The translations under genes and the position numbers were made by a program. A DNA stretch of 64,000 nt from Raillietiella orientalis (lineage: Eukaryota). The stretch is from contig JAYWIR010000105.1 of assembly GCA_036172245.1 (NCBI GenBank), positions 62,001 through 126,000 of the forward strand. Reading direction: 5' to 3'. The notes under the pieces were generated by a model. It was given only the letters and a program-made list of their open reading frames with translations. It made no database searches and was not told the DNA's origin. Below, piece after piece: positions 1-11,400 of the stretch. The number at the start of each line of letters is the position of its first letter. The stretch's first letter is position 1.

Positions 1-3000
1 AAGGTTGTGGAGAGGAGGAAAGAAAAATCTCCAAAGAAAGCTCCGCAACCTCCATCCCTGAGCTCTTCCAAAGGAAAAAGCAGTCACGCGAATACGAAAA
101 CACGCGCGGCTTGTGACTCTTCCAAGGAAAAAGCCAACGCCTTCAACGCGTGCAAGTCCGCTTCTGTGACCGCCGAGAAGACCACTCCGGTGCAATCGGA
201 CGGATGCAAGCGCACGTCGATCGTGCGAGCATCAGACTTCGCAAAGGAGTCCGATAACGCAGCTGAACGACGCGTAACTCGCGCGGGAGCGAGCGCCCGC
301 AGGGCTGAAGCCCTGAGGCGTGACACACTCGCCGCGGAACGGCGAGTGCTCACCCCGGAACCCACAGGTTCTGCACCCGGGGAGGAGCACCAGATTACGT
401 GCAGCACAGTTGAGGCCGGTGGCGACCGCGCCCTCCAGCCCGTCGTGCTGCTTACTGCCCGCTCGCCGGGTGAGGCGAGCACCACGGCCTCGCTTTCACA
501 GCCGTGATGAGGGCAATCGCGTCTTCTCGTCGTGTTGCCGTAACGTCTTGGAACGTCAACGGGCTCCAACACGAGGAGAAGAGGCGACTAGTGGCTGACG
601 CCCTGCGCGCCTTCGACTTGACGCACCTGCAGGAGATTCACAGCATCTCCGGAGAGCAGGCTGCCGAAATCGAACGGCGCGCGGGCGGAACGCTACTTTA
701 TAGGTGCGGCGTTGCACGTACGTGCGGCGTCGCTTTCCTCGTCGAGGAACTTTGGCGGGAGCGGTGCGCAGCGTTCGTTTCGACACGGAAGGCCGAGTGG
801 GACAGCTTGTACTCAAGTGGTCCGACTCGATCGACCTTGTCGTAACCCACGTGTACGCGCCGAGCGGTGCTGGACGATGGGCCGAAAGGATTGAGTTCTT
901 CGGTACCCTTCAAGGCCAGTGGCTCACTCGATCTCACCCTACTGTGGCCCATCTCATTGCGGGGGACTTTAACGTCCACCTGCTTTCTGAGAATAGATCC
1001 CACAAAAGGGAAAAGTTGCTAGCGGAAGAGATGTGCGCGTCCGTGCACGCGTGCAACTTGTTAGCTAGCGACCCTGTTATGGCAGCAACGCCGGACCACG
1101 TATACCTTGATGAACACTTGCTCTGTCGAGTGGGTCGGAGAGGTCCCGTGCCGTCCGTGCTTTCAGACCACAACAGGCTCGAGTTCGAGTTGCTCCCGCC
1201 AGGCAAGGGGCCTCCAAACTGTTTTTGGAGGATGCGAGCAGACTGGCTAAGCCACCCGGAGGCGGCTGAGCATCTTCGCCAGTACCTCCTCTGCTTTGCC
1301 ATAAGTGAGCTCGAGGACTGGGACGATCTGAAAAGATCGGTCCGCGAGTTCTGCTGCCGGTTTCCCTTGCACCAGCTTCCGCGCGGCTTCGGAGAGGGCG
1401 TAGCCAACAGCAGAGATTTTCTGCAGGCCCGCTCCTTTTTGAGGCGCGCGGACGTTGGTCGATTATCCGAGTACAAGGCCAAGGCCGAGCGCCAGGTCTG
1501 GCAGTCAGGGGCGACAGTTCTGCTCGACGACCAGGACCGGGAATGCTCGGCTCCAGCCGACGTGCGACGGATAGTCAGGCGCTATTACTCTTTGTATGCA
1601 GAGGCACCGACGGAACGCAGCCTCTCCCGGCTGCTTCTGCCGATTGATGCACCTGTTGTAGGCGAGGAGGAACGCGCGCGTCTTGATGAGCCCTTCACGG
1701 CAGAGGAAATTTCCTCGGCCATCTCGGGGCTCAAGAGACGAAAAGCGCCAGGCGAAGATGGGCTCCCCGCGGACTTCTTTCAGTGTTTTGCGGCGGAGCT
1801 CATCCCTCTGGTGCTCCAGCTCTCGTCGCTGATGCGAGACTCGGGCGATGTCCCCGCCTCGTTTCGCTCAGCGAAGGTGCGTCTACTGCCGAAAGGCGGA
1901 GATTTGCGCCAACTGAACAACTGGCGTCCGATCACATTAGTGAATTCGGACGTCAAGTTGTTCTCGAAACTTGGGGTGGCGCGGATGGGTAGGATCGCGG
2001 AATCCTTGGTAAGTCCGGAGCAGACGTACGCTGTTCCTGGGCGGTCCATGGACGCGAATCTCTTGTTCATCCGCACATGGCTGCAATTGCAGCATCATGT
2101 GGCGGTGGATCGTCGTGCGGAAGCGACGCCTTCGATCTCTCACCGACGGAGGCGCGGGACGCAAAGGGAGACACCGGGAGCCTTGGCGGTTGCAGTCGAT
2201 CTGCACAAAGCTTTCGATTGCGTGAACCAAAAGCTTCTTCTTGAGCTTTTGGAACGTCTGGGTCTTCCGGCATCTTTGTTGGCGTACTTGCGCTCCTGCT
2301 GGCGCCACGCGATTACATCCATTGTTTTCAGTGGCTGTCGCGTGTACGGCGTGCCGGTACGACGAGGACTTAGGCAGGGTGACAGCTTAAGCCCGCTGCT
2401 CTTCAGCATCTATTTTGAATTGGTGCTGGAGGCTTACAGGCTGACGCTAGCCAACCTGCCGAGCTCCTGTCCAGGTACGCCTGCCGTGGCAGCCTATGCC
2501 GACGACCTGCTTCTCCTGTTGCCCATGTCCACCCCGACAGCGTCGCTTGAAGATTTCTTTGAGTTGATCCGTCGTGGTGCGGGCGTGAGCGTTAACAGGA
2601 GTAAGTGTATGGTTGTTCCGGTTGGTGCGACGTGGGAGGGGCAGTCCGACTGGATCGACCTGGGGATCCCCACGGTCAGGTACCTCAGGTACCTTGGCGT
2701 GCCGTTGGGCGACTTCTGCGTCTCAGAAGCGTGGTCGGACTGCCTTCGGAAGGCAGAGCGTGCACTTAGCCCGTTTTCAGGAGGCGAGTTCGTCTTGCCG
2801 GAACGGGCCTGCATCTGGAACACCTTCGTTGCCCCCCTCCTCCGCCCCCTGTTTTTTGTTTGTCCACCCCCCAGGAAGTCAAAGTCTGGGCGCAGCGCCT
2901 TCTACGCAAAGCGTTGTGGGGCGCTGCAAGATCCCGTGTTAGACTTAAAGACTTGGTGGCGCCGCGTCAGGATGCAGGCTTGGGCATCCTCGACTTGAAC

Positions 3001-4429
3001 AGCATCGAACTGCAGGTGCAGTTTCGCATGCTGCGGCTCTGTGCCAAGCTGTGGTGTACGCCGTGGTGCTTACCCGCACGCCTTATACTGAGGCGCTGCA
3101 CGGGAAGCGAGGGACTGCTTTCGTTGCTACCCCACTTTCGGCACACCAGAATAGGGTTTGGCTTCCCGCTGAGGCAGCTGTCCTCACTGCTGGAAGCCCA
3201 AAGCTGGATCTCCTGCCGCCCCATGAACATTAATCTATGGCGGCAGGAATCTTTTTCATCGTGGGCAGCTTCCGAAGGAACGCGCCCGGAAGATCTTCGA
3301 CGCCTCCGACTTCTCCTCAGTCATCAAATGGACGAAGTCAAGCAGGACAAGAAGTTGTCGGATCGTCTGTCCGCCACACCACTCGCCGTAGCGCTGTCTG
3401 CCCTCAGGGCAAGCAACGACGGTTGCCTACCGGCGGAATGGGAGTTCTCCTGCAAAATAGCGGGAGTCAGAAAGCTCCTCGGCAGCTGGACGACAAAGGA
3501 GCTGGTGCAAGCCGCCACACCTCGGAATCGGGCGAAGGGACTGCTTCGGTGGAGCGAACATTTAAGTGTGCCCCCCGGAGAGATAGTGGTTCTTCCCGTT
3601 TGTTTGGACAGCTCCGTGTTCCCCCTTAAGTGGAAACAAGATGTGCTGCTCTTTTTACATTGTGCATTTCACTGTAATAGGCAGCGAAGCATCGTTTCCG
3701 GGGGAGCTGCTTTGCCAAACTGTTTAAGGTGCGGAGAGATCGAGTCTTTTCCGCACCTTTTGTTGGACTGCGTTGACCTCCGGGAACTGTGGCGAAGGCT
3801 CACTTCGGCCATCATGCCACAAGGAGGCACTGCCATTGATGTGCTGCGGAGCTTCTTCAGCAGAAATGGACTTTCGGTTGGCGCGATTGTCGCAACCATG
3901 TGTTGCGTTCGCGCCATCGTGAAGGCCCGCTACGCCCTGGAGTTGTCATCGCAGCGAACGGAGGCTCACCTGCTTGCAGCTCAATTCATGGAGAAGGCTT
4001 CAAGGTGGTCTCATCTTCGTGACAAGGTGAATGAGGACATCACCGGCATACATCGCCGGTTTACACACCTTTGAGAACGGCGTAATCCGGTGACCCCTGC
4101 GACCTCTCGCCCACCCATAGCCCGTCCCCGTTCGCTCGGTAAAATTTCCGGTGCCCATGCTTTTATCCCCGTGTCTTCCAGAGCGATCCCAAAGACCCTT
4201 ATCCCGTCCTCCTTATTCATTGTTTTTATTTTATTTTGGTTTATTTGTGTTTCCCGCCCCCCCACACCGTTCACAAAACTGTTACTCTGGCCTGCGTGCC
4301 AGCAATATTCTCTTCATTCTTGTTCAGTCGTCGGTTGGGAGTTTGGTTCCCAACTGGTTTATTTTGTATAATTGCTTTTTTTTTGGTTATGTTATATGGA
4401 ATAAACGCCCCGGCGTGACCGGGTGAGAA
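1..4429 (+). mobile_element. L1/Tx1-type non-LTR retrotransposon L-a (5' end outside window)
   Basis: ORF1 C-terminus to 507; ORF2 with WNVNG, QE, YAP, GDFN, SDH (APE), PGEDG, WRPI, KAFD, QGD, YADD, YLG (RT), CLRCG..HLLLDC; 3' UTR ends AATAAA-cgCCCCGGcgtgaCCGGGTG-agaa. Confidence 0.95.
507..4074 (+). pseudogene. ORF2 (APE endonuclease-reverse transcriptase) of L-a, two frameshifts (~750, ~2870)
   Basis: ORF-track pieces 504-845, 704-2998 and 2860-4074 join into one ORF2; the second shift lies in a C run and could be a sequencing error. Confidence 0.9.
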
Positions 4430-6318
4430 ATCTCTTGCGCTTGTTCTGCAGAGATCACATGGATCTCCTGCAGCAGCACAAGGTCGAACGATCCTAGAAT
4501 GGCGGCCATGTCTCGTTTCCTACCGGCGTCTGTCATGCCGTTCACATTCCAAACGGCGATGCGCAGACGACGGCGGGAGGAGATTCCCGGCATTACTGCC
4601 GGGAAGATGACGGTGTGGGGGAACCCGCCTCTTCCGAGGCGGGTGAGATGACCATTAGGGTTTCAGCCTCCGCAGGCACCTTCGGTACCTCTCCGGCTTC
4701 AACCCCCTCCATCTCTCCGTTTCTGTGCGTAGTGGTCTCTCGGGTGACGATTCCCGGGATTCTCCCACGCTCATGGCACCCTCGCAGTCGGAAGTCATCT
4801 CCACGCCTTCGGCCTGGAGAGGGGCTTTCCAGGGTTTGCTAGACTTCTTTCCAGCCTTCCGGCGGGGTGCCGCGTAGATGGAAACTTGGTTTCCGGCCTG
4901 CGCTTCGGGGTCGGAAGTTACCCACTCCTCGGTGGAGGCCGGACGCCTCGCTGCCTTTTTGCCAGCCTTGGAGGGGTCTGGCTGCAACGATGCAGACAGC
5001 TCCTCCGCCGCACGCTCCAAGGCGGCGTCATCCATCACGGTCTCGATGACGGACGCTTCCGCCGGTTCGCTCCCCACGCTGTTGACATTTTCAACAGTGG
5101 GTTGCTCGTCGGTAGCAGCGATTTCTACCTTGCGGCGTTCGGCGGGGACGCGTTCCACGACGACGCTGCATTCTTTAAATTCTCGCTAACCTGCTTTTTT
5201 TATTTTGGTGGGCGAGCTTTTTTGCAATTCGTCGTTCATTCTTCCACTTTTTCTTTTTTGCTGTGGCTTCTTACCATTTCGTCAACTGAGTGCTTTTGTC
5301 GATCTTTTCAGCATTCGTTGCCGGAATGTCGGCTGCGGCCTCGACCACGGATGTGGGTGGCACAGCTTGAACGGCAGCCTTCGCCGCCAGCCTTTGCTGT
5401 GGCAGCCGCGCGCGTTTTTTTAGGTTCCTCGCGGAAACCACGCGCACAGCGGATTGTGGACACACTTCCTTCGTGTGGCCCATTGTCCCGCATACCAGGC
5501 ACTGTACGTTGAGGCACCTCCTTTTCAGGTGTCCCGACGTGTTGCAGAAGTCACAGTATTTGGGCTTCCCCACGTACCAGAGGTCGACGCTTTCTGCGCC
5601 GACCACCAGTTTCTGGTGAAGGGTAGAGCCCTCCCGAACGGTTACACGGGCAGCCGTGAGGCCGCACTGAACTGTGGTATAGTCCTCGAAAGGACTTGGC
5701 TTGGTCTATACCGCATGGACCGTGCCTTCTTTTCCCAACGCGGCGCGTAACTGCTCTTTCCGCATCCGCGCGGTAACTCCTAAAATGTGGACCACCATAC
5801 TGTGGTTCGCCATAATGGGAAGGAGCCTGCGTTGTTCCATCACCACGGAAGTTTTGAGCAGACGTTGGGCCAGATCTGCGTATTTGCAGATCACCTGTAC
5901 GTACTTCTTCCTGCTACGAATGGTCATAGCGCAGAGCTTCTCCTCTTTAAAATCGAGAGCGCGCATCTTCTTCGAAAAGGCGCGCCCACTCTCAGGAGAA
6001 TACAAATCTCCTTCCTTGTAGAATAGTGATGGGTTATAACCCTCTTCTACATAGGCAGATAATTCCGCCGCGGCAGCAGGTGATGGCGCCGACACGACGG
6101 CGCTATACGCCCGCGCTGCAGCGGGGACCGGTTTTGTGATGGCGGACGCCCTTACCTCCTTCGCCACTAAAGGCGACGTTACCGCCGCCACCTGGCACGC
6201 ACTGGCGGTCGTGTCAGGCATTGCTGCCTGATCGACCACCACAACACACGAAGCCTACACCTAGGAACGGTTCCCGGCACGAGGAGCACCGAGGAATTAC
6301 GTCCGCTCTAACTGACGT
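4430..6318 (-). mobile_element. LINE L-b: 5' end, decayed ORF1 and first ~55 codons of ORF2, cut by L-a
   Basis: ORF1 ATG at 6221; knuckles CDFCNTSGHLKRRC and CLVCGTMGHTKEVC; ORF2 MPGISSRRRLRIAVWNVNG from 4593. Confidence 0.9.
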
Positions 6319-8476
6319 AAAGCGTTCGATTGCGTCGACCAGGAACTCCTTCTGGAGCTATTGGAACTCTTGGAATTCCCGAAGGTCTTCCGAACTTACC
6401 TGCACTTTTGCGGACGCTTCGCTGTAATAAACATTTCTTTTAGCGGTTTGGCACGTGTACGGCGTGCCGGTTTGGCGTGGCATAAGGCAGAGTGACAGTC
6501 TGAGCCCCTTGCTCTTAAGCTTCTACTTCGAGATGGTGCTGAGGGCATACAGGGAGGCTTTGGCATCCCTGTCGAGCTCATGTCCCGGCACGCCTGCCGT
6601 GTCGGCCTATGATGACGACCTTCTGCTCCTGCTCCCCGGGTCCACTCCGGAGTCGGCGCTCGAGGATTTCTTTGAGTTGCGGCGCCGCGGGACGGGCCTC
6701 GAGGTGAACAGAAACAAATCCCCAATCGTTCCTACATCACCACTGCTTTTTGCAAATACGGCGTGGGCCGGACGGTCGGACTGGATCCGCTTAAGGATAC
6801 CCACGGGCAGGTGCTTCAATTACCTGGGCGTTTCGTTGAGGGACTTCTGCGTTGCAGAAGCCTGATCCGACCGTCTCCAAAAGGTGGAGTTGGCGATCGG
6901 CCTGGTCCGGAAGGGCAAGTTTTACTTGAAGGAGCGAGCCGCGGTGTGGAACGCTTTCGCGGCCTTCCTCCTTCGGTCCTTAATTTTTGCTTGCCCCGCC
7001 CCTTCGATCATGCAGAGACGGACTAAAGCCCTCTTGAGAACTGCCCTTTGGGACACAGCGAGGTCGCGTGTCCGATTGAAAGACTTGCGCGCTCCACGCA
7101 GGGATGGTGGCTTGGGCCTCCTTACGTTGGAGCGCATTGAACTGCACATTTCACTTCGTAAGTTAGCCCTTGCGGCTACCTTATGGATGACGCCTTGGTG
7201 CGATCCGGCACGGCTCCTCGCCAGAAGAGCGACCGGCTTCGAAGGATTGTCCTCGATCCTCGTGACCTACCAGCACAGCCTCTGCATATGTGGCCCCCAT
7301 TTGCGCCAGATTGTCGTCCTGATGAGGAAGAATACCTGGATCTTCTGCCTCCCCGCGAACTGCACTGTCTGGCTTCAGGAGTCAGCCTCCGCGTGGGCTA
7401 AGATCAACGGCACGAGCGAGACGGAATACAACTGCGTACGACGAGGACCGTACGATCGACAGCCGCCGCAGGAGATTATCAACACACCCCGGAAGTGTCT
7501 GTGGGTTTCTTTTAGCCTCCTTGCCCCCGTTCTTTCCTCACTTGAAAACACTAGAAGCAGCAACGAGCGGACATCGTGGGAAGTGTCCTGTTTCATCCGA
7601 GGCAGAAAAAAACCTTTAAAGGCGTGGACGACTCGGGATCTAACGGACGCTGCCACCCCGAACGTCCCGCCTCACGGACTTGCGCGCTGGGAAGAGCTGC
7701 TCGCAATACCTCCGGAGTAGGTGAAGTGGCCCCCAGCGTGTTGAAATTGCGGCACACTTCCGTTAAAGGGGCAGGAGACGCCGTTGCTATTTCTGCAGTG
7801 GGGACTGTTAAGCACAGCACGTTTTTCTCACTGGACACTAGGGAATGTGGATGCTCGCTGTGTCGAGTGCGGAGAAACAGAAACCTTCCCCCATCTCACC
7901 CTAGAGTGTGTCGCCCTGGATGGACTCTGCAGTCGAATTGCTCCAATCCTCCATCTTCCAGTAGGCGACCCTAAGGAAATTAACCGTCGCCTCTTTCTGC
8001 GTGACGGCCTGCGCCCCGCTGCGTTTCTAGCAGTCGTTTGCTGCGTGTGCGGCATTGTGCAAAGGTGGCACGCCAGAAGAATAGGCCCAAGATGCAGGGA
8101 CGTCATCCACTGGACGACGATCTCTTTGGAGACGGCGACAAGGTGTGGTCTACCTTTCACAGTAAAAGCTGACTTGACTGCATCCTGAACAGGATGCGGA
8201 AGACCGAACCAGGCGCCCAGTGATCCCTTTACTCTCCTCCACCTCCCCATAGAACAGTTTCTCATCCCGTTATTTCCGTTTTTTTTTTTTGTTTCCTTTT
8301 TCCCCTTTCCCAGCGCCTGGGGAGATAAACTCGGCAATCTAAGGACCGAGTAGGGAGTACATTGTAGCGTGAGAGAATTCAGTGTTCCTCAAAGAAAATT
8401 TTTTTTTTAATCAGTTTATTATCTAATTTTTGGAATAAATTTGAAAGATGAATGCCCCTATATATCCGGGTGACAA
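6319..8476 (+). mobile_element. LINE L-c: 5'-truncated (mid-RT to 3' end), decayed
   Basis: KAFDCVDQ at start, SAYDDDLL, CVECGETETFPHL; ends ccgggtg-acaa. Confidence 0.9.
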
Positions 8477-11400
8477 ACGTTGGCAGTTCCCGAGCACTGC
8501 AGGCCTTGGTCGTCGAGCAGACATGCCGCTCCTGACTGCCAGACCGGGCGCTCGGCCTTGGCCTCGTACTCCGCAAGGTACCAGACGTCCGTGCATCCAG
8601 AGAATTGGCGGGCCTGCAGAAACTCTTTGCTGTTGGCCACTCCTTCCCCGAAGCCATGACAGAGCAGGTGCAAGGAGAAACGGCTACAGAACTCGCGGAC
8701 TGATCTTTTCAGATCGTCCCAGTCCACGGGCGAAAGCGGACGGCTTTTATTTCGCTCTTCAGCGTTGGTGGTTTTATTTTTTTCTTTTTTTTCTTGGTGT
8801 GTTAGTGGATTCGGTGGTGGCTAGGCAGCCATGCCTGGGATCACCACCAATGTTAAGGAGGGAGCGAAGTCTATGTGTCCTCTTGAATCAATGGATGTGG
8901 GGGCAACCGCCCCCACAGAAGCGACTCCCTTGCTAGGGAGAAGCTGGAGTTCCGTGGCTGCGGCGCCAACGCAAGCGGCTGCGGCTGAGTTGAAAGCCTA
9001 CCTGGAGGAGGGGTACAATCCCCCACTACTCTACAAGGTAGTCAACCTTTACACCTTTGAGAGTGCACGCGCTTTCTCAAAAGCGATGCACTCCCTCAAA
9101 GTACCCCAGGAGGAGCTCTTGGCGATGGCCATCAGGAGTGGTGGACAGTACGTTCAGGTGATTTCCAAAGAAGCAAGTCTTGCCCAGCGTTTGCTCCGTA
9201 TACCTGTTTTTTTAGGGAATCGCCGGCTCTTATTAATCACGGAGGATAGATCTATCGTGATCCACCTTCTTGGAATCACCTTCCGGATGGCCCAAGAGGC
9301 TGTCCGAAAGAACTAATTGAATTTGGGACTGTCCACGCGTTGTGGAATAGGTCGACTCCGTTTTGGGGGTACGATCTCCTGAATTGCGGTGTGGCTTCCG
9401 CGTGCATCACGGTCCGCGAGGGTTGCTCTCTACCTAACGAGCTGGAGGTCAACGGCGAACCCGTTGACTTCTGGTATGTCGGTAAGCCGCATTTCTGCGG
9501 GCATTGCAGCACTTCAGGTCACCTGAAAAAAGGGTGCCCCCACTTGCAGTGCAAGCAATGCAAGCAACCCAAGCACACTCTTCCTGTGTGCCCGCAAAAT
9601 GAAGTCCGCGTCGCGTCCGCACGGAATGCGAAGAAGCGCGCGGCGAGAAAAAGAAGAGTTTAGGCAGCCCGAGAGAGAGCCGCCGCTCGAAAAACAACTA
9701 TCGTGACGCAGGTGAAGGTTAGCTCCGAGATCTTGAAAAACTCGGACAAGGTCGAGGAGAACGGCGAGAAACCTTTATGGCAAGTAGTAAAATTCAAGAG
9801 GTAGAAAAGCCTCAAGGAACCAAAAAAAAATGTCGCGAAACGCAGCGAGAATTTGCCGCGTCGCGAAAATATCAAACGCTGCTCTGTCGTCATCAAGCGC
9901 ATTCCTGCGGTCGAACCGAGCGGCAAAATTGCACTCGTCGCTGCCGACCTTCAGCCCTCCGGTAAATTAATGCCGGCGGCTATCGACCCGGCGGTGGCAT
10001 CCGTCCTCGAACGCATGCTCGATGACGTCACCTTTGAGCGAACGGAGGAGGAGCTCGCTGCGTCCTTGCAGCGTCCCCTTAAATCCGCGAAAAAGGCCTT
10101 AAGGCGTCCGACCTCGATCAAGAAGTCGGAGATTTCGATCTCTGACGCAGAGACGGAAAACACAGCCTGTGGCATCGCGGCATATCGCCCGAAGCCAATC
10201 GCACGAAGCAGGCTACCCGCATAATTATCCCGTCCGTAAAAAAGGGTTAGATAATTGAGGGAACCGAGCGTGCGTATAAAGTGGGGAACTCCGGGGACTC
10301 TCCTCGAGAGGTAACCTTACGCTGCGACCCCGGAGGGAGGGAAAGGGTAGAGTCTGTGCCCCAGATGCTTCAAGTGCCTGAGATGGCCGCGGTCCCCTTA
10401 CTCGTCCCTCCCACCTGTCCGTAGACAGGTGCTGCAACGCCACGTTCCCAGCTTTAATGCCAGAAATCGCCTCTTGCCGCCGTCTGCGGATTGCCTGTTG
10501 GAACGTCAACGGGCTAAGCGACGACGGCAAGAGACGAGACTTGGCCTTCACCCTGGCATCGTTCCACCTGGTGCTGCTGCAAGAGATCCACGTGATCTTC
10601 GCTGATCAAGCAACGAAGATCGAGCGTATCACGGGTAGACGGCTGCTATCGCGTTGCGGCACCGTCAAATCTTGCGGTGTCGCGTTCCTACTTCGTCCAG
10701 CTTTCGAGGCTGCGGCAAAGAGCGTACGGTTCGATAGTGCCGGTCGCGTCGGGCAGTTGACCATTAGGTGGTCGGACTCCATTGATCTGATCATTACCAA
10801 CGTGTACGCCCTAAGCGGCAGCGACGCAATAGGGGCAAAGGCAAGTTGAGATTGCTTCCTTACCCTGAGGCGCGAATATCTGGACGAAGCGGTAGTGCGC
10901 AAAGCGCATCTAATCGCAGGTGTCTTTAACCTGCGCCTGCTGTCAGGTGCGTGCGACACACTTCGGGACCGCATGAACGAGCTGTGCGCAGAGATGCACA
11001 CGCTTAACTTGTTTGCGGGAGATCCGGAAAGGAACGACAGCATAGATCACGTGTTTCTTGACCAGCACCTATGCTCACGCGTGGGCAGGCGCGGCAATTT
11101 ACCGTCGGAACTGTCAGACCATGACCGGATCGTACTCGAGGTGCTCCCACGCGATAGGGGTCCGCCGTCATCTGCGTGGCGCTTACCGGGGGACTAGCTG
11201 AATCTTCCGGAAGCCGCAGAGCATCTCCGCGGATTCATACGAGGTTTCAGTTTGCCGACGCTCCAGGACTGGGACCGCTTCAAGCGCTCGGTCCGGGATT
11301 TTTCCGACGAGTTCCCTATGAATCTCCTGCCTGCCGGGTTTGGTGAAAGCGTGCGTAACGAGAGATGGTATTTAAAATCTCGATGTTACGCGCGAACACC

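Noticed and set aside
507..4074. Bacterial group II intron, retron or DGR reverse transcriptase
   Set aside because: N-terminal APE domain, gag-like knuckle ORF1, 5' truncations and AATAAA identify eukaryotic non-LTR elements
4400..4429. Terminal hairpin as a Helitron end, LTR end or target-gene fragment
   Set aside because: No CTRR end, Rep/helicase, LTRs or integrase; hosts are contiguous across L-e and L-o/L-p without the motif, so it belongs to the LINE
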